A DNA stretch of 64,000 nucleotides, taken from contig CM075982.1 of assembly GCA_038087875.1 (NCBI GenBank), positions 59,334,001-59,398,000 on the forward strand, read 5' to 3'. Made by a program: the position numbers and the translations under genes. Under the pieces are notes generated by a model that saw only the letters and a list, made by a program, of their open reading frames with translations, was not told where the DNA came from and ran no database searches. Shown piece by piece: positions 63,152 to 64,000 of the stretch (position 1 is the first letter of the stretch; the number at the start of each line of letters is the position of its first letter). Source of the stretch: Malacoraja senta. Its lineage: Eukaryota.

Positions 63152-63746
63152 AAGGCCTGTCTCACGAGTCTGCGGTCATTGGCGGCGAAACGGGAAGAAT
63201 CTGCCGCCATAGACCGCGCAATCGTGAGAACGTACAATTCCGGGGCCGTGCGGCGGTGTTCCCACCACCGCACGGTGCTAAAATTAAACCGACAATGTTG
63301 AAAACTATATACTCACCGCACAACCTCCACCAGTGATGCACGAGTGCGGCACGGCCGCCCGCACGGGCCGCCGCCAGTGTGGCTCGAGCGCCGTGCGTCA
63401 AACCTCCACTGCCACAGCCTCCGCCAGTGAGGCACGTGCCTCCGCCAGTGAGGCACGTGTGCGGCACGGCCGCAGGCACAGCCACCGCTACAGCGCCGCG
63501 ATCAGGATGGCCGCCGCCACAGCCGCCGCTGGTGAGTCACGTGCGGCGGGCCAACGTCATCGCAGTCGGCCCGCCCTTTTTTTTACTTACGGCAAGTACG
63601 TGGGACCCGCCGTGTTTGAATTACTCGGCCCCCGCGCAGCATCCGTGCGGCGCTCCAGTGGATAGGCTCGGCGCTCTCGCCATTGCCGCGCGGTCCCGCT
63701 ACTGGCGACGCCACGCTTCACCGCCGATGACCGCAAACAGGTAAGT
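63152..63746 (+). mobile_element. GC/CpG-rich PIF/Harbinger-type MITE
   Basis: TTA/TAA then AGGCCTGTCTCAC; imperfect ~40-bp TIRs; outer bases of the right TIR missing; internal 21-bp duplication. Confidence 0.7.
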
Positions 63747-63788
63747 TTACAGGCGGGATGGTGGCACAGCAGTAGAGTTGCTGCCTAA

Positions 63789-64000
63789 AGGCTCTGTCTT
63801 ACCTGTTTGCGGTCATCGGCAGTGAAGCGCGGCGTCGCCGGTAGCGGAGACCGCGTGGCAATGGCGAGAGCGCCGAGCCTATCCACTGGAGCGCCGCACA
63901 GATGCTGCGCGGGGAACCGAGTAATTCAAACATGGCGGGTCCTACGTGCTTGCCGTAAGTAAAAAAAAGGGCGGGCCGACTGCGATGACGTCGGCCCGCC
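63789..64000 (-). mobile_element. Second copy of the same MITE, inverted, inserted at TAA in a SINE head; runs off the window
   Basis: 63798-64000 is the reverse complement of 63545-63745; SINE head at 63752-63788. Confidence 0.8.

Noticed and set aside
63118-63744. GC-rich ORFs or a host CpG-island first exon (CAG|GTAAGT at 63741)
   Set aside because: Lies within MITE TIRs and is duplicated in inverted form immediately downstream; the ORFs reflect GC content.

Overview
Eukaryotic, AT-rich, repeat-dense non-coding DNA. The repeat set (HE1/V-SINE-type tRNA SINEs, CR1/HER1-type LINEs, Rex1/Babar LINEs, Penelope-like ends) points to a cartilaginous fish, probably a skate or ray; that assignment is inference. 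I recognise no intact host protein-coding gene, and almost all ORF-track entries are transposon fragments or chance ORFs. The main structures are: (1) two DIRS-type tyrosine-recombinase retrotransposons in opposite orientation, one end-to-end but decayed (21741-26509, +) and one chimeric (39039-43489, -). They share the same inactivating lesions, yet each left terminus matches its own internal complementary region (ICR). The chimeric copy carries a 2.1-kb 5' cargo with a hairpin array and a 90/180-bp repeat. (2) Many short Penelope-derived insertions that begin at a minimal hammerhead-ribozyme-like motif and have target-site duplications (TSDs). (3) PIF/Harbinger-type MITEs, including a 538-bp near-perfect palindrome and an inverted pair at the window end. 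(4) Two related solo-LTR-like elements. (5) Two Tx1-derived 3' modules with the same 5' end, nested in a Rex1 LINE. Coordinates were read by eye; ends of degraded repeats are approximate.
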